Below, piece by piece: positions 60,507 through 64,000 of a stretch of DNA of 64,000 nucleotides. Under the pieces are notes generated by a model that had not been told where the DNA came from, ran no database searches, and worked only from the letters and a program-made list of their open reading frames with translations. Origin of the DNA: Spirochaetia bacterium (GTDB lineage Bacteria; Spirochaetota; Spirochaetia; UBA9216). The stretch spans positions 448,001 to 512,000 of the forward strand of contig OZ223267.1 of NCBI GenBank assembly GCA_965140585.1, given 5' to 3'. The first letter of the stretch is position 1; every line of letters begins with the position of its first letter. A program made the translations under genes and the position numbers.

Positions 60507-63500
60507 ATGACAGATAAAAATGTAAAAGCTGACAGAGTAATTGCTCCAGTCGTTGCTATTGGTGCATCCGCAGGCGGTCTGAAAGAACTTGAAGTCTTTT
60601 TTAAAAACCTGACAAATTTGGACAGAGTTGCCTTTGTTGTTATTCTGCATCTTGCGCCTTCACATGAAAGCTCACTTGCTGATATTGTGAGCCGATTTAC
60701 AAATCTTAATGTTACTCAACCAACCAGGAAAACTACAGTTAAACCCGGGAATGTTTATATAATTCCTCCTAATAAAATTATTGAATTAAATGCCGGAAAA
60801 ATTTGTCTGAAACCCTATCCTGAAGATATCAAAAATAGAAAGCCTATTGATATATTTTTTAAATCTATGAGTCTTTCTCTGAAGGAAAATTCTGTAAGTG
60901 TAATTCTGAGCGGTGCCGGGACTGACGGCTCTGAAGGTATAAAGTCAGTAAGTGAACAAAACGGCCTTGTCATAGTACAGGAACCTGAAACTGCTGAATA
61001 CACGTCTATGCCTGAGACTGCGATTTCAACAGGCACTGTCGATTTTATCCTGCCTACTTCTGAGATGCCGGGTATTATTCAGGAATATCTAAAACATATC
61101 CATGATGATAAAATCCTTCATATTTCAGCAGATAATCGGCTGATATTTGATTCAATTTTCAAATATTTACTCAAGCAGACCGGAAATGATTTTTCAGGTT
61201 ATAAGATAAATACTGTATACCGTAGAATTCAGCGAAGAATGAAGTCAAAAAAAATAATTAACTTAAATGGTTATTTTGAATTTCTTAAACAGAATAGCGA
61301 AGAAACTACTTTTTTATATAAAGAACTTCTGATAAGTGTTACAAATTTTTTCAGAGATGAAGAAACTTACCACTATCTCAAAGATAATTTAATACCAAGG
61401 ATAGTTTCAAAGGCTTATACAGATACCATTAGAATATGGGTGCCTGCTTGCGCTACCGGTGAAGAGGCATATTCTATTGCAATTCTGTTTATGGAATATC
61501 TTGATAGACACGAATTCAATCTAAAATTACAGATTTTTGCTTCTGATCTGGATAAAGATGCTATTGAAAAAGCCAGAAAAGGATTATATCCGCTTAAAAT
61601 TAAAGACGATATCAGTGAAAAGATCCTGCATAAATATTTTGAGAAGATATTAACCGGATATCAGATAAAGGCAGAAGTCCGAGAACATTTGATTTTCGCC
61701 GAACAGAATTTATTATCAGATCCGCCCTATTCCAAACTTGATCTGATAAGCTGTAGAAATTTTCTTATCTATTTAAATAATGCTCAGCAAAAAAAAGTAT
61801 TATCCATTTTTCACTATGCCTTAAATCCTGACGGTTATCTGCTGCTCGGCAGATCTGAAAGTCTTGGAATGTCATCCGGTCTTTTCACAACCGAGGACAG
61901 GAAGAATAAGGTCTTCCATAAAATCAATGGACTTAAAGTGGAAAGAAATGTATGGAAATTGAATTTTGAGGAGAAAAGACACCCAGTGGGCACACATAAG
62001 GAAATAAAGACAGAGATAGCAGATTTTACAAAAGCATATATTCTTGAGAATTTAAGCCCGCCGTGTGTTGTAATAGATCCAGAAGGTGAAATGCTTTATG
62101 TTCAGGGAAGAACCGGCAAATACCTGGAAAATACTTCAGGCGTCGTCAGTACCAATATTCTGAAAAACGCCAGGGAGGGCTTAAAAATTCCGCTTACAAA
62201 TGCTATTAAGCAGGCTGGATTTGAGCAGCATGAAATATATCAAAGAAAAATTAATGTAAAAACTAACGGAAGTTATGAACTTATAGATCTGCGTGTTGCC
62301 CCTCTTAATAACGCAGACGAACATACTAAACTTTTTATAGTCTCTTTTTTTCCTTCGGTGGAAGTGCATGATGGTACAGATTCAGAAACTTTTCAATCAA
62401 ATGATGGTGTTATAGAATCTTTAAAAAAAGAGCTCGCAAATAAGGATGTGTATCTGCGTAATACGATTGAAGAACTCGAATCAACCAACGAGGAATTAAA
62501 ATCGTCCAACGAAGAAGCTCAAAGTGCTAATGAAGAGCTGCAGAGTGCCAATGAAGAACTTGAAACATCAAAGGAAGAACTGCAGTCGGTTAATGAGGAA
62601 CTTGTTACAACAAACAGTGAACTTAATCAGAGGGTGGACGAATTAAGTGAACTTAACAACAATATGAAAAATCTTCTAGCTGCAACTGATATTGCAACAA
62701 TCTTTGTTGACAGAGAACTAAAAATTTTCAAGTTTACACCTGCGGCAAAAAAGATTATCAACCTGCTTGAATCTGATATTGGCCGTTCTATTTCACAATT
62801 CACAAATACATTGAATTATAAATCACTTGCAGATGATATCAGAACAGTGTTAAGCAATCTTCGTCCTGTCGAGACTGCGGTCAAGGATCAGGAGTTAAAC
62901 CATTTCTGGATGAGGATTTCACCCTACAGAACTACCGACGAGAAGATTGAAGGGGCAGTGATAACATTTACAGATATAACAGAGAGAAAAAAGGCTGATA
63001 ATCAAATATCACTATTAAACAGTATCATAGAAAATTCTTTGGATGGTTTTGACATAGTTAATGAAAATGGGCTGCTTGAATATGTTAATAAAGCGTATCT
63101 GAAAATGTGGGGATATGATAGTCAGGATGAAATTCTCGGAACTTCGCCTGCTGGACATTGTGCCGATGAAGAAATGCCTTTGATTATTATAAACAAGGTT
63201 AATAAAGAACAGAAAGCAGATTTTGAATTTAAGGCTAAGCGTAAAGACGGCTCAACCTTTGATGTCTTTATGAGTGTTTCAACATATGAAGATATAGACG
63301 GCAAAAGATATTATGCCGGTTTTTCCCAGGATATCAGTGAAAAAGTTCAACAGAAAAAGGAATTGGATGAGTATAGAAACAATCTAGAAGAAATTCTAAA
63401 AGAAAAAAATGAACAGCTTTATAAAAGTGAAGTTATTCATAGGAAAATCTCGCTGATGTCTTCTGATTACTCTTACAGCTACAAGGTAAATGATCTCAAT

Positions 63501-64000
63501 GAATACGAGCTTGAATGGTCTTTCGGTGCGTTTGAAAAAATTACAGGATATAAACCGGCAGAAATATTAAACACAGCTTTTATCAAAAAACTTATTCATC
63601 CTGATGATTTCTCTGAAATCATCAACAGAAGAAAAAAGAATGCTGCCGGTGAAACTGCAACATCCGATGTCCGAATTATTACAAAAAGAGGAGAAATCAA
63701 ATGGATACAGGACAAATCTGTTCCTGAACTTGATGAAAAAACAGGCAAGCTTATTCGGATTATCTCTTCAGCCACGGAAATAACCAAGCGGAAAAATGTG
63801 GAAAAAGCTCTGGAGCTCAGTGAAAGAAAATTCCGGAATATAGCAGAAAACATTCCAGGGCTGGTCTATAAATACAGAGTATCCAATGCTGATGATATTA
63901 CGCTTATGTATCTTAGTAGAAGTGTTGAATCAATATTTAAAATCCCGTACAGCGAAGCAAAAAATGATATAAATCTTTTTTTGAGCCTAATTCATGAAGA
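60507..64000 (+). CDS. CheB-CheR fusion with coiled coil and multiple PAS domains, 3'-truncated (absent from ORF track)
   Basis: GASAGG, LHLAP, ILSGAGTDG (CheB); SVTNFFRD, WVPACATGEEAYS, DLISCRN (CheR); NEELQS repeats; frame consistent at points checked to window end. Confidence 0.9.
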   Translation, partial: MTDKNVKADRVIAPVVAIGASAGGLKELEVFFKNLTNLDRVAFVVILHLAPSHESSLADIVSRFTNLNVTQPTRKTTVKPGNVYIIPPNKIIELNAGKICLKPYPEDIKNRKPIDIFFKSMSLSLKENSVSVILSGAGTDGSEGIKSVSEQNGLVIVQEPETAEYTSMPETAISTGTVDFILPTSEMPGIIQEYLKHIHDDKILHISADNRLIFDSIFKYLLKQTGNDFSGYKINTVYRRIQRRMKSKKIINLNGYFEFLKQNSEETTFLYKELLISVTNFFRDEETYHYLKDNLIPRIVSKAYTDTIRIWVPACATGEEAYSIAILFMEYLDRHEFNLKLQIFASDLDKDAIEKARKGLYPLKIKDDISEKILHKYFEKILTGYQIKAEVREHLIFAEQNLLSDPPYSKLDLISCRNFLIYLNNAQQKKVLSIFHYALNPDGYLLLGRSESLGMSSGLFTTEDRKNKVFHKINGLKVERNVWKLNFEEKRHPVGTHKEIKTEIADFTKAYILENLSPPCVVIDPEGEMLYVQGRTGKYLENTSGVVSTNILKNAREGLKIPLTNAIKQAGFEQHEIYQRKINVKTNGSYELIDLRVAPLNNADEHTKLFIVSFFPSVEVHDGTDSETFQSNDGVIESLKKELANKDVYLRNTIEELESTNEELKSSNEEAQSANEELQSANEELETSKEELQSVNEELVTTNSELNQRVDELSELNNNMKNLLAATDIATIFVDRELKIFKFTPAAKKIINLLESDIGRSISQFTNTLNYKSLADDIRTVLSNLRPVETAVKDQELNHFWMRISPYRTTDEKIEGAVITFTDITERKKADNQISLLNSIIENSLDGFDIVNENGLLEYVNKAYLKMWGYDSQDEILGTSPAGHCADEEMPLIIINKVNKEQKADFEFKAKRKDGSTFDVFMSVSTYEDIDGKRYYAGFSQDISEKVQQKKELDEYRNNLEEILKEKNEQLYKSEVIHRKISLMSSDYSYSYKVNDLNEYELEWSFGAFEKITGYKPAEILNTAFIKKLIHPDDFSEIINRRKKNAAGETATSDVRIITKRGEIKWIQDKSVPELDEKTGKLIRIISSATEITKRKNVEKALELSERKFRNIAENIPGLVYKYRVSNADDITLMYLSRSVESIFKIPYSEAKNDINLFLSLIHE

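Noticed and set aside
62470-62625. About 21-bp periodic repeats (aatgaagagctgcag...)
   Set aside because: They encode the NEELQS heptad coiled coil typical of CheB/CheR fusions; not a CRISPR or DNA repeat
1-64000. CRISPR arrays, rRNA genes, intact IS elements or prophage genes
   Set aside because: No repeat-spacer array, transposase or phage structural motif seen by eye

Overview
About 64 kb of AT-rich, densely coding chromosome from what looks like a free-living anaerobic spirochaete (two FlaA sheath genes, CheX, flgF-flgG-flgJ next to an RpoS-like sigma factor). Left to right it holds: a partial FAD oxidoreductase; a membrane-anchored Cache-Hpt-CheA-like kinase with cheX and cheY; a partner-switch module (PAS-PP2C-RsbW fusion and STAS) bracketing a PilZ-less cellulose-synthase-like GT2; a dead integrase beside tRNA-Thr(CGT); xylose catabolism between two USP paralogues; a flagellar rod/rpoS/tsaD block with a sigma54 promoter; fba, flaA x2, OmpA, TatD, GGDEF-HD-GYP and a nitrilase; two divergent TolC efflux operons; a sigma54-driven peptide ABC operon with no binding protein; an EAL protein; a stand-alone AbfD-like dehydratase with a structured leader; a GntR-linked operon (Ni-permease-like gene, hypB, 896-aa Fe-S flavoprotein, hypA, DUF5692-like gene) with no hydrogenase or urease in the window; and a CheB-CheR-PAS fusion running off the right end. 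The best candidates for undescribed systems are the HypA/HypB-bracketed Fe-S flavoenzyme (possible new Ni enzyme) and the partner-switch-linked glucan synthase. All family calls come from recognising motifs by eye; no searches were run.
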